From Candidatus Aenigmatarchaeota archaeon (GTDB lineage Archaea; Aenigmatarchaeota; Aenigmatarchaeia; GW2011-AR5): 37,298 nt of DNA. The notes under the pieces were generated by a model that saw only the letters and a list, made by a program, of their open reading frames with translations, was not told the DNA's origin and did no database searches. Shown piece after piece: positions 7,595 through 16,280 of the stretch (position 1 is its first letter; each line of letters begins with the position of its first letter). Made by a program: the position numbers and the translations under genes. The DNA is taken from assembly GCA_026397375.1 (NCBI GenBank), contig JAPLUZ010000049.1, positions 1 to 37,298 of the forward strand, given 5' to 3'.

Positions 7595-9287
7595 AGTAGG
7601 TGTTTCTTCCGGATTCTGGCAGATCGCAAAGGACCCGGCGCTGCTTGGCATGTCGCAGAAAGCAGGATTCATAGCAACAGCCGGCGTGACATTTAATCAG
7701 ATAGATATGGAAACAGTGGCGGAGTTTCTTGAGCCAAGGGTAAAGGAGAATGTAAAAAGAATACAGAAAGAGCTCGGATTAAAAATAGGCATGCACGCCG
7801 AGATAGGCAGCATGAGTGCATTGGAATCAGGCGAGCGCAGGATCTGGGACGAGGCGCACAAGAGGCTTGTATTGGCTGTCAAAAACGCGACGGAGATGAA
7901 CATAGTTTACATAAATTTTCACACGTCTTCCACAGGATTGCTGCAGTTCAACGAGGCGAGGATAAGGCCGTTCGGCTTCCAGTATCAAGTAGTGGCCCCG
8001 AACGGCAGGCCGTTCTACGAGTTTGCCGACAAGTCCGAGGGGGCAATAGAATACATAAAACAAATAATAACAGGTGGCCATATGAGGGACATGATAGCGC
8101 GCGAACCCCACTTCCGTGAAAAACTCAAGGCACTGGCTAAAAGATATGATGACCTTCTGAAGAAACGAATCGATGAGGCAATCAGAAAATTAGAGTCGTC
8201 CCCGGATTATAAATCGCTTCCACCGGAACAGCGGCGGCAGGTGAAGGAAAATGCGTCGATGCAGGTGTCAAGGGATGTAAATCAGGAGTTTGAGCAGGAA
8301 GAGAGGAAACTGGCGGGAAATGCAGACGAGCTTTATGATTCCTGGAAGCATTCTGATTTTGGACAGTATGTTATGGAGGCCGGCGAGATAGATGCATACA
8401 TGACCGTTGCGTCGGACATGCACAAGAACGGAGACATGCTCTGGACAAACATCGTCGGAAGCAAGAGCGCCGGAAAGGCTTATATCGAAGAAGAGCACGC
8501 GTTCAACGCGGCTGTCGCTTCTGCGTACATAATAGGGCATCTGACCGTAAAGAATAACAAGTACAACAGAGATATTTTAGACGGGATGAGCGTGCTGGAA
8601 TTTGTAAGCAAAAAGGGACTTATTCTCTGCTTTGAATTGCCTGAAGTGGAAAGAAGGGAAGACCAGGGAGAAGGACTGTACAGATTGTTTCATCCAAAGC
8701 ATACGCAGTGGTTTGTGAGAAAACTGAACTCGCCTTTCGTGAGGTTATGCATAGATTTCGAGCATATGCTGGCGCAGAACCTGGACCCATCCAAGGTACT
8801 GCCGGAACTGCCAAATGATTTTGGAAAATTAGTTTATTTGTTTCATCTGGGCGAACCGAAGCCCTACTGGGGCATGGCGCACATACCCATCCCACTTGGA
8901 AGTCATGCCCAGGAGATAATTTACGAATGGTTGTACATAATGAGGCAAAAAGGTTTCAAAAACGGCGTTCTTATTTTTGAAAGAGGCGGCGGACGGGCTG
9001 GCGGCCGCACAACCTTTGAAGTCTTTGAATTGTCTGTGCTGGCGCTAAAGAACATGGCCAAGTATCTTGAGCAGAACATAAAGCCGGATGAACTGCCATT
9101 AGACTTTTATGGCATATCGGAAAAGAATGAAGCCGTGTACGCCCGCGAGTTGGTGACGGTAAAGGAGCACGCGTGGGACCCACTGGAGGGCGTTCTGAGC
9201 ATACCGGAAGAAAAGCACACTTTCCTTAGCGGAGCAGCTATCGCAAAAAACAAGGGCCAGGAATGGGAGAAGAGAAAGTTCAGGTAA
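7584..9287 (+). CDS. Endonuclease IV / xylose isomerase-like TIM-barrel protein with a large helical insertion
   Basis: The ordered motifs MHAEIG, YINFH, LCFELPE, LCIDFEHM, LFHLGE, HIPIPLGSH and LIFERGG parallel the Endo IV series (LNFHPGS, IEN, CIDTCH, HLND, HxxLGxG, ILET) as I remember it. About 235 residues separate INFH from CFELPE. ATG at 7584; the track start is the GTG at 7575. Confidence 0.55.
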   Translation: MPYEVGVSSGFWQIAKDPALLGMSQKAGFIATAGVTFNQIDMETVAEFLEPRVKENVKRIQKELGLKIGMHAEIGSMSALESGERRIWDEAHKRLVLAVKNATEMNIVYINFHTSSTGLLQFNEARIRPFGFQYQVVAPNGRPFYEFADKSEGAIEYIKQIITGGHMRDMIAREPHFREKLKALAKRYDDLLKKRIDEAIRKLESSPDYKSLPPEQRRQVKENASMQVSRDVNQEFEQEERKLAGNADELYDSWKHSDFGQYVMEAGEIDAYMTVASDMHKNGDMLWTNIVGSKSAGKAYIEEEHAFNAAVASAYIIGHLTVKNNKYNRDILDGMSVLEFVSKKGLILCFELPEVERREDQGEGLYRLFHPKHTQWFVRKLNSPFVRLCIDFEHMLAQNLDPSKVLPELPNDFGKLVYLFHLGEPKPYWGMAHIPIPLGSHAQEIIYEWLYIMRQKGFKNGVLIFERGGGRAGGRTTFEVFELSVLALKNMAKYLEQNIKPDELPLDFYGISEKNEAVYARELVTVKEHAWDPLEGVLSIPEEKHTFLSGAAIAKNKGQEWEKRKFR

Positions 9288-9342
9288 GCTTTCTCCTTAG
9301 CCCAACAGAAAGCTTAATCAAAGATGACGCTTCGCTGTTCCT

Positions 9343-9549
9343 TCAGGTAAATTTATGCCTGGGATTTCTTGGGATTATAATCCACGCAAGAATGTAGAAT
9401 AAGATACCTATTCCATAGAACAGGACCAGCAATATCAGAATCAATCGGATTACAGTGGGGTCGACGTTCAGGTATTCTCCGACACCCCCGCATACACCAC
9501 CAAGGATATGATTTTTTCCTGACCTGTAGAGCACCTTTACTTTTTTCAT
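9343..9549 (-). CDS. PspC-domain membrane protein
   Basis: ILGGVCGGVGEYLNVDPTVIRLILILLVLFYGIGILFYILAWIIIP is the classic PspC domain pattern. Confidence 0.75.
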   Translation of the reverse strand: MKKVKVLYRSGKNHILGGVCGGVGEYLNVDPTVIRLILILLVLFYGIGILFYILAWIIIPRNPRHKFT

Positions 9550-9693
9550 TTACAATCACGTCTTAATAATACATTATTTACTTTTACCACGGTATAAATA
9601 AGAAAGACAAATTCGTACGATATTATAAATTAATCGTAATGCTGTAGCACTGCAATAAAGCTTTTATAAGGATGTGGTTAAAATTAGCATGGG

Positions 9694-10881
9694 ATGATAG
9701 TTATGCCTAAAAAAATAAAGAAAACAGCAAAAAAAGAAGTGCAAACGGACAAGCACAAGCACGATAAGCAATTAGAGGCAATAAGAAAGAGAAAAATAAA
9801 GCTGGCTGAGAAATTCAAGGACGAAGTTCTTAAGAAATATAAAAGTATGATCAAGGCCGTTGTTTTGTTTGGTTCTTTGACAAGGCAGGATTACCACGAA
9901 AAAAGCGACGTGGACATGTTAGTAATAATAGATGATGTTGTTACAAGGTTTACACCGGAAATGAAGGATGCATTTGATGACAAATTACACGAGATTGCTA
10001 AGTCAATCTCGGAAGATATTACAGTACAGCCGGCGTGGACGCTGTCGGAGTTCTGGGACATGGCGCGAATCGGACATCCGCTTCTTTACACGATCGTGCG
10101 CGACGGCTGGGCGCTTTATGATACTGGCTTCTTTATTCCTATCCGCAAGCTGCTGGAACTGGGCAAAATTCCCACCACTTTAGAAGCTGTGGAAAAATTC
10201 ATGGAGACTGCGCCACAAAAAATAAACAGAGTAGAGACAGCAAAATTGTACATGGTTGCTGAGGATCTTTATTACGCAATGCTGAACAGCTCGCAGGCTG
10301 TGCTGATGTACATGGGCTACAATCCGCCTTCACCAAAGCACACGCCCGTGGATGTGAAAGAATACCTAGTAGACGCGAAGCTGCTGGAACAAGAGTATTT
10401 AGATGATCTTAATTACATCATTGATTTCAGAAAACAGGTGGAGCACAAGGAAATAAAGGACATAACCGGCCAGCATTTGGACGAATTGATAGGCAAGTCA
10501 AAAAAATTCGTGTCACGCATGGAGCAACTGCTCATGCAGCTGCAAAAGAAGAAGAAGGAAACAATAGTAGAAAAGAATTATGAAGTAATGATAAAGGCGG
10601 CTGTATCGGCATTAAAGAAAATGGAAAAGCTGCCGCCTGATCCAAAGGACCTGCCAGGCGCGATAAAGTCCTATCTTATTGATACAAAGATGGTCGATTC
10701 CTATTTTGACGACATATTCAAGAAGGTAATAACCATGAGAAAGATGCTTGACGAAGACAAGATAAACGAGATACCTCAAAAGGACATAGAATTAACAAGA
10801 GAGTACGTGCGCCGCTTCGTTGAGGACCTGAGGCCTGTCATAGAGAAGCCCATAAAGAAGACAAGTTCTAAGAAGAAATAA
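9694..10881 (+). CDS. Nucleotidyltransferase (MNT) fused to a HEPN-like domain plus an extra C-terminal helical region
   Basis: Pol-beta-type NTase motif VVLFGSLTRQDYHEKSDVDMLVIIDD. A downstream helical domain has an Rx4H motif (DFRKQVEHKE). An alternative ATG is at 9703. Confidence 0.55.
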   Translation: MIVMPKKIKKTAKKEVQTDKHKHDKQLEAIRKRKIKLAEKFKDEVLKKYKSMIKAVVLFGSLTRQDYHEKSDVDMLVIIDDVVTRFTPEMKDAFDDKLHEIAKSISEDITVQPAWTLSEFWDMARIGHPLLYTIVRDGWALYDTGFFIPIRKLLELGKIPTTLEAVEKFMETAPQKINRVETAKLYMVAEDLYYAMLNSSQAVLMYMGYNPPSPKHTPVDVKEYLVDAKLLEQEYLDDLNYIIDFRKQVEHKEIKDITGQHLDELIGKSKKFVSRMEQLLMQLQKKKKETIVEKNYEVMIKAAVSALKKMEKLPPDPKDLPGAIKSYLIDTKMVDSYFDDIFKKVITMRKMLDEDKINEIPQKDIELTREYVRRFVEDLRPVIEKPIKKTSSKKK

Positions 10882-11003
10882 AGAGAAAGCGGCAATTTTC
10901 TAAACTATTCTTCCTTTTACATTACTATTCAATTACGTCTGCATTACAGAATAAAGCATAAAAAGACTCATTCTGTAGTAGTGACAACGAAAGGGTGTTA
11001 AAA

Positions 11004-11225
11004 ATGGGATTTGATTTTCATGTGCACGGTTTATGGATAATAGGTGCACTGTTCTTTTTCGTAGCAGGCATAATGGCTGGAAACCTGCACTGGGTTGAGG
11101 GCACAACGGAGTGGAGCTTCGGCGTGTCAGCTGTTCTCATATTTCTTCTGTTCTTAGTGGCTGCCATGTTCTGGATATCTGCTGCAGTGAACGCAAGACA
11201 CGAGGAATATGCAAGCAGAAGGTAA
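11004..11225 (+). CDS. Small membrane protein (2 TM)
   Basis: Two hydrophobic helices. ATG at 11004; the track start is the GTG at 10995. A T7 run at 11249-11255 lies downstream. Confidence 0.4.
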   Translation: MGFDFHVHGLWIIGALFFFVAGIMAGNLHWVEGTTEWSFGVSAVLIFLLFLVAAMFWISAAVNARHEEYASRR

Positions 11226-11279
11226 AAGTAAGACAGGAATTTCCGACAGTTTTTTTCACTATAATTCTAGAATCAGAAT

Positions 11280-11840
11280 TTAAACGATCTTTTTCTCGCC
11301 AAGAAGCTGCGTTCTGCGGATCTCTATGCCTGCGACGGGATAAACTTTGTTACACGTTTTTCTTATTTCGCTCTGGAGGCTGCCTTTGATCACGGCGTTG
11401 ATGAGGTCTTCAAAGGTCATCTTCTCGACGATTTCCTGGACTTGTTTCTTGGCTACAGCTCGGGTGGCGTCCTTCATTGACGTGCCTACCCGCTTCAAGA
11501 GGACGAAGACAGTTTTTACGCGTACTTTTAAGCCGTCCTTTGTTGTTACATCGTTGACAACGTCAACCCTGCGGCCGTGCCTTTGAACCATTCTATAGAT
11601 GCGCTCGGTCATTGTGTCGTGGCCTATAATTTTTGTGAATGCTTTCTGGCCTTCCACCTTGTCGATCCGCAAATTTAATTTGATATAAAATTTTGAGTAG
11701 TCCTTTATTACTTCCAACAGGTTGACTTCCAGTACGCGGCCGATAAGGTGCTTTGGCTCAACAGCCAGTGTCTCGCCTATCACGGGCTCGCCGAACATCT
11801 TTGGCGCAACGATTTCATACCACTGCTTTTTCAATGCCAT
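11280..11840 (-). CDS. rps3ae: 30S ribosomal protein S3Ae (eS1)
   Basis: KKQWYEIVAPKMFGE...IGRVLEVNL...YIKLNLRIDKVEG...TKDG..VRVK is the characteristic eS1 sequence pattern, and the length is right. Confidence 0.9.
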   Translation of the reverse strand: MALKKQWYEIVAPKMFGEPVIGETLAVEPKHLIGRVLEVNLLEVIKDYSKFYIKLNLRIDKVEGQKAFTKIIGHDTMTERIYRMVQRHGRRVDVVNDVTTKDGLKVRVKTVFVLLKRVGTSMKDATRAVAKKQVQEIVEKMTFEDLINAVIKGSLQSEIRKTCNKVYPVAGIEIRRTQLLGEKKIV

Positions 11841-11883
11841 AATAACCAGTCTTATTCACTTAATCAGAAAGATTTAAAAGAGT

Positions 11884-12537
11884 TTATTTAGGCTGCCTTC
11901 GGAACTCCGGAAACATCTCTTTCCATAATTCTTCGTCTTCGCCGACAAAGTCATCGGTTTCGTGACCGAATGCAACCCACGGCGGGTAGTTTTTCCCGTC
12001 GATCACCTTTCTGAAAAAAGGTTGCACAGAATAGTCAGGTTCCATGTCGGTCTCATTGGCTTCAGGCTTCACGTAGGGCGTTATTGTAAGGATATTCTTT
12101 CTGCTTATTGCCAGCAATCTTTTTATTTCACGCACGGTTTTACCCCTGTCAAATATGTCTTCTATGATTATGACTTCATCGTACTGCTTCAACAACTCAA
12201 GCGCCTGGCCTATGTCGTTCATGTCTATGTTGACTTCAGATTCCACGTTTATTTCTCCTGGCTTGTAACGGCTGGCTTTTATTGGAACGTAATCCAAATC
12301 TATCTTTCCGTTTTTCTGTAGACGCTTGCGAAGCTCGCCGCTGACAGGAAGAAACACGGCAGAGCCGCCTCTCATCACAGGCGCAAGGAGAGGCGGTTTT
12401 TTGTTATACTGGCCAATCTTGTCTTTTAGCACATCATCGATAAGTTCGTAGGAATCAGCATACAGTCCATTCGGATGTATAGGCACAATGTAGCAGCCGT
12501 CCTTGATATAAAACCCGTTTTTGCATTCGTACGCCAT
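11884..12537 (-). CDS. Phosphoribosyltransferase (purine PRT-like)
   Basis: PRPP-binding motif VIIIEDIFDRGKT. The N-terminal extension is longer than in a typical archaeal HPRT. Confidence 0.6.
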   Translation of the reverse strand: MAYECKNGFYIKDGCYIVPIHPNGLYADSYELIDDVLKDKIGQYNKKPPLLAPVMRGGSAVFLPVSGELRKRLQKNGKIDLDYVPIKASRYKPGEINVESEVNIDMNDIGQALELLKQYDEVIIIEDIFDRGKTVREIKRLLAISRKNILTITPYVKPEANETDMEPDYSVQPFFRKVIDGKNYPPWVAFGHETDDFVGEDEELWKEMFPEFRRQPK

Positions 12538-12558
12538 CTGATAAGAATAAAATCAATC

Positions 12559-12566
12559 TTTTTAAG
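12559..12566 (+). promoter_or_regulatory. Candidate TATA box for the DNA ligase gene (leaderless geometry)
   Basis: TTTTTAAG is centred about 28 nt upstream of the ATG at 12590, and no SD lies between them. Confidence 0.3.
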
Positions 12567-12589
12567 TACGTTAAAGCTGAATCTTAATT

Positions 12590-14251
12590 ATGAAATTCTC
12601 TGACCTGGTTGGCCTGTACAAGAAACTGGAGGCAACGCCGAAAAAGCTTGAGAAGACAGAAATACTGGCGGAGTTCTACAAAAAATGTTCTGAGGATGAT
12701 TTGTACAAAGCAGTTGTTCTGTCGATGGGCACTGTTTTTCCCCGCGGCGACGAGGATCTGGGCATAGCAGACGGCATGATAAAAAAAGTAATATCGAAGG
12801 TCACCGGCTATTCTAATGATAAAGTCATTAACATATTCAAGACAACCGGCGACTTGGGTCTTACCGCAGAGAAATTAATGCAGCACAGAAAACAAAAGCC
12901 GCTGACAAAGAGGGTAGTGACAATTGACTTGGTTTTTGACGACCTCAGAGGATTGCCTGAATTGACAGGTGCAGGCAGCCAGGAAAGGAAAATAGACCTT
13001 GTATCAGAGCTAATGACAAATTCAAGTCCGGAAGAGGCAAAATATATTGTTCGCATTTGCCTGTCGCAGATGAGGATAGGCGTTGCAGCTGGCCTGGTAA
13101 GGGACGCCATTGCCAAAGCGTTTGACCAGGATAAGAAAGAAGTAGAGCACATTTACAATCTTGTCGGCGACTACGGCAGCGTCGCGGAAAAGGCAAAAAA
13201 AGGCCACATGAAAGCAGAAATAGAGATAGGCAAGCCGATAAATGTTATGCTTGCAGATCGCGGCGGCAGCGACGTTGTTGCTGCTGTGAAGGAATTTGAA
13301 AAAGCCGCTATCGAAACGAAATATGATGGCTTTAGGTGCATCATCCACAAGGACGGAGAGAAAATAAAAGTCTTCTCCCGCAGGCTTGAAGATGTCACAA
13401 AACAGTTTCCTGACATTGTAAAATATGCAGCAGAGGCGTTGAAGGCAAAGCAGTGCATCGTGGACGGAGAAGCTGTGGCCTATGACTACGAGAGAAACAG
13501 GACATTGGCTTTCCAAAAGCTGTCAAGACGCATACAGCGCAAGTATGATATAGAAAAAACGGTAAAAGAAATCCCTGTGCAGGTCAACCTGTTTGATATA
13601 ATTTATTTGGAAGGCGAAAGCATGATGGATTTGCCATTGACAGAGCGATGGCCAGCGCTGAAAAAAATAATAAAGGAAACAAAAAGCATGAAGCTGGCAA
13701 CGCATTTGGAAACAAAGGACGGAAAAGAAGCTGAGAAATTTTATGAAAATGCTCTTAAGGACGGCCAGGAGGGCGTCATCGTAAAGAACATGGAAGCCAA
13801 ATACCAGCCAGGCCGCAGAGTTGGTTATTGGGTCAAGGTGAAACCAATAATGGAACCATTGGATTTAGTAATAACGGGCGCGGAATGGGGTGAAGGCAAA
13901 AGGGCAAAATGGTTATCGTCAATGATTCTTGCATGCAAAGCAGGCAATAAGTTTTTGGAAACAGGCAAAATGGCTTCCGGGTTCACAGAAGACCAATTAG
14001 AGGAATTGACAAAGAAATTGAAAAGTCTGACAATAGAAACAAAGGGCAAGGAAGTCAAAGTAAAGCCGGAGGTCGTCGTGGAAATAGGCTACGAGGAAAT
14101 ACAGGCGTCGTCCAAGTATGAATCAGGATACGCACTGAGATTTCCAAGATTATTAAGGATAAGAGACGCTAGCGAGAAGGGACCTGCTGACGCAGACACA
14201 CTACAAACAATAGAAAAACTGTACAAATTGCAGAGAGGAAGGAAGAAATAA
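12590..14251 (+). CDS. lig: ATP-dependent DNA ligase
   Basis: Adenylation motif I ETKYDGFR, later motifs EGVIVK and WVKVKP, and the 553-aa length typical of archaeal Lig. Confidence 0.9.
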   Translation: MKFSDLVGLYKKLEATPKKLEKTEILAEFYKKCSEDDLYKAVVLSMGTVFPRGDEDLGIADGMIKKVISKVTGYSNDKVINIFKTTGDLGLTAEKLMQHRKQKPLTKRVVTIDLVFDDLRGLPELTGAGSQERKIDLVSELMTNSSPEEAKYIVRICLSQMRIGVAAGLVRDAIAKAFDQDKKEVEHIYNLVGDYGSVAEKAKKGHMKAEIEIGKPINVMLADRGGSDVVAAVKEFEKAAIETKYDGFRCIIHKDGEKIKVFSRRLEDVTKQFPDIVKYAAEALKAKQCIVDGEAVAYDYERNRTLAFQKLSRRIQRKYDIEKTVKEIPVQVNLFDIIYLEGESMMDLPLTERWPALKKIIKETKSMKLATHLETKDGKEAEKFYENALKDGQEGVIVKNMEAKYQPGRRVGYWVKVKPIMEPLDLVITGAEWGEGKRAKWLSSMILACKAGNKFLETGKMASGFTEDQLEELTKKLKSLTIETKGKEVKVKPEVVVEIGYEEIQASSKYESGYALRFPRLLRIRDASEKGPADADTLQTIEKLYKLQRGRKK

Positions 14252-14253
14252 TC

Positions 14254-14949
14254 CTACTTTCTTTTCCTCAGGAATTCTTCCACTTTTTCGATGTCTTCAG
14301 GCTTTCCCAAGTCGATCCAGGTTTTTGCATGAATCACCCGGACCTTTTTCTTTTTTGCAAGAAGCATGATGGCGTCGGTTATCTCGTATTCGCCGCGGGG
14401 TGATTTGTGTATGGTCTTTATTGCTTCGAATATTTCTGGTGTGAATTTGTAGAGGCCGGTGTTAATCATATTGGAAGGCGGGTGGTCTGGCTTTTCAACT
14501 AGTTTTTCAACAAAGCCGTCTTTTTCAACGATTATGCCAAACCTTCTCGGGTCGTCGTGGTGATAACCGGCCATGTAGCAAAAATCATCGTCTTTTTTTA
14601 TCGACATGATGTCGTTTTCGGAATAAATGTTGTCAGCCATGATCACCAGAAAATTATCTTTGTTGACAAAGCGCTGCGCGCAACCAATGGCGTGGGCTGT
14701 GCCTATTTGTTCTTTTTGCTCGATTATTTTGCATTTCAAATTCTTGCTTTTCAGGAAATCAACTATTTTCTCTTTTTTGTAGCCAACAACTATGCCTATG
14801 TCCTTGTCAACAAAGCCGGAATTGTGAATAATCTCAAAAAGATATGCGAGAAATGGATGATTGTCAATCTCAATCATTGGCTTTGGCCTGTCCAGTGTCA
14901 GGTGGTTCATTCTCACGCCCTTGCCAGCAGCCAGAATAACTATTTTCAT
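14254..14949 (-). CDS. Sugar-1-phosphate nucleotidylyltransferase
   Basis: N-terminal KIVILAAGKGVRM...RPKPMIEI signature, and GTAHAI. Confidence 0.75.
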   Translation of the reverse strand: MKIVILAAGKGVRMNHLTLDRPKPMIEIDNHPFLAYLFEIIHNSGFVDKDIGIVVGYKKEKIVDFLKSKNLKCKIIEQKEQIGTAHAIGCAQRFVNKDNFLVIMADNIYSENDIMSIKKDDDFCYMAGYHHDDPRRFGIIVEKDGFVEKLVEKPDHPPSNMINTGLYKFTPEIFEAIKTIHKSPRGEYEITDAIMLLAKKKKVRVIHAKTWIDLGKPEDIEKVEEFLRKRK

Positions 14950-15012
14950 ATATTTCTCATCTGTCTATAATTGGAAAAACTTATAAGATGGTGCTGAAAT
15001 GCATTTGTTTCA

Positions 15013-15663
15013 TTATTTTCTTTCTTCTGTTTGCTTTTCCAGAAGTTCCCATAATTCGTCCAAGACAGATTTTGGTATATTCACATTTGTAATTTTTTTA
15101 AGATCCTCTAAAAAACAGCCTAATTCAAATATGGCTTTTGGTTTTCCGAGTTTAGTCTGGTTCTTAGCCTCTTCAATTATCAACGTCCAATCGATTTTCA
15201 TACTATCTATTATTTTTCTCACATCGTCTTTGTCTTTGACCCTTTCAGTCGCACATTTCATAAGAATAATATCGTGTAAATCCGCGATTTTTAATATCAA
15301 GTTTTCATCATACTGATATATCTGAACAGCTCTCTCTCGCATCTTTTCAGAAAATATGAAATCTATAACATTGACCACAAACAAATCAAATCTACTTTCA
15401 CCTAAAGTAAGCATTTCAGGAGAATCTCTTTTAACGCCGTATACGACGATAGGATCAATCGGCTGATACCCAATCGATTTAATAGCGTCTTTGAACACTT
15501 CTCTATCCTCATTGGTTTCAAAAACAAGATCTATATCAAGCGTAGTATCTTTAATGCCCAGAAATGTCATAGCGGTACCGCCTACTGCATATACTGTCAT
15601 CTTTTTTTTCAATTTTCTCGATACGTTAATGAACAATTTTTGCTGTTCTTCTAGTGTTATCAT
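15013..15663 (-). CDS. Minimal nucleotidyltransferase, AbiEii/DUF6036-like putative toxin
   Basis: VYAVGGTAMTFLGIKDTTLDIDLVF fits the GGTA...T.DiD NTase motif of AbiEii-type proteins. Its start overlaps the upstream wHTH gene by 4 nt (ATGA). Confidence 0.5.
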   Translation of the reverse strand: MITLEEQQKLFINVSRKLKKKMTVYAVGGTAMTFLGIKDTTLDIDLVFETNEDREVFKDAIKSIGYQPIDPIVVYGVKRDSPEMLTLGESRFDLFVVNVIDFIFSEKMRERAVQIYQYDENLILKIADLHDIILMKCATERVKDKDDVRKIIDSMKIDWTLIIEEAKNQTKLGKPKAIFELGCFLEDLKKITNVNIPKSVLDELWELLEKQTEERK

Positions 15664-16280
15664 CTGTAATCCTCCAGATCTTTTTGGTTAAATGGTAAGT
15701 AGACTTTCCATACCGTTTCGATATCGTTGAAGTCTTTAGATTTTAAATCCGGTACAATATAAACAAAATTATATTGTTCTTTTGGAAGAGCAGCAGTTCT
15801 GAATTTTTTTGTCATTCTTCTTGTTCTCATGATTTTTCTTGCTAAATCATACAAGGCCCCGACTTGTCTTTCGATACGATTTTCTTTGCTTAATCTATAC
15901 AATTCGCTCCAATTATTGATCTTTTTGAATAAAGCCAATGCGGCAAGAATTGTTCTGAGACTTCCTGTCTTGATAGCATAAATTAACGTTTCTTCCAAAG
16001 TTGGTTCTTTCCCGTAAATTTTGTATGTTTGCGCGGTTGATATTTTTACAGGAGAATATGTATTAATTATCTCACGATAATCAAAACCTTCTAATTTATT
16101 TTCGAAAGAAATATAATACACTCTTGTATTATTGTTCAATCTTTTCGTTTTGACATATCCCCGTTTTCTTAGTCGATATATATAGTAAATCGCCTTTCCC
16201 TTGCTTATACCAAGTGTATCCATCACAGTATTGATTGTATGGATTCCTTCAAGCCTTTTCAGCAGATTTTTAGTTTCCAT
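15660..16280 (-). CDS. Winged-helix regulator, AbiEi-like putative antitoxin
   Basis: The N-terminal TVMDTLGISKGKAIYYIYRLRKRGYVK looks like a wHTH. The ATG at 16280 sits about 25 nt downstream of a TATA box; the track start at 16298 is a TTG inside the repeat. Confidence 0.45.
   Translation of the reverse strand: METKNLLKRLEGIHTINTVMDTLGISKGKAIYYIYRLRKRGYVKTKRLNNNTRVYYISFENKLEGFDYREIINTYSPVKISTAQTYKIYGKEPTLEETLIYAIKTGSLRTILAALALFKKINNWSELYRLSKENRIERQVGALYDLARKIMRTRRMTKKFRTAALPKEQYNFVYIVPDLKSKDFNDIETVWKVYLPFNQKDLEDYR

Noticed and set aside
9353-9559. 68-aa minus-strand ORF in a second frame overlapping the PspC-domain gene
   Set aside because: The 9343-9549 frame gives a textbook PspC domain, and the other frame gives no recognisable pattern.
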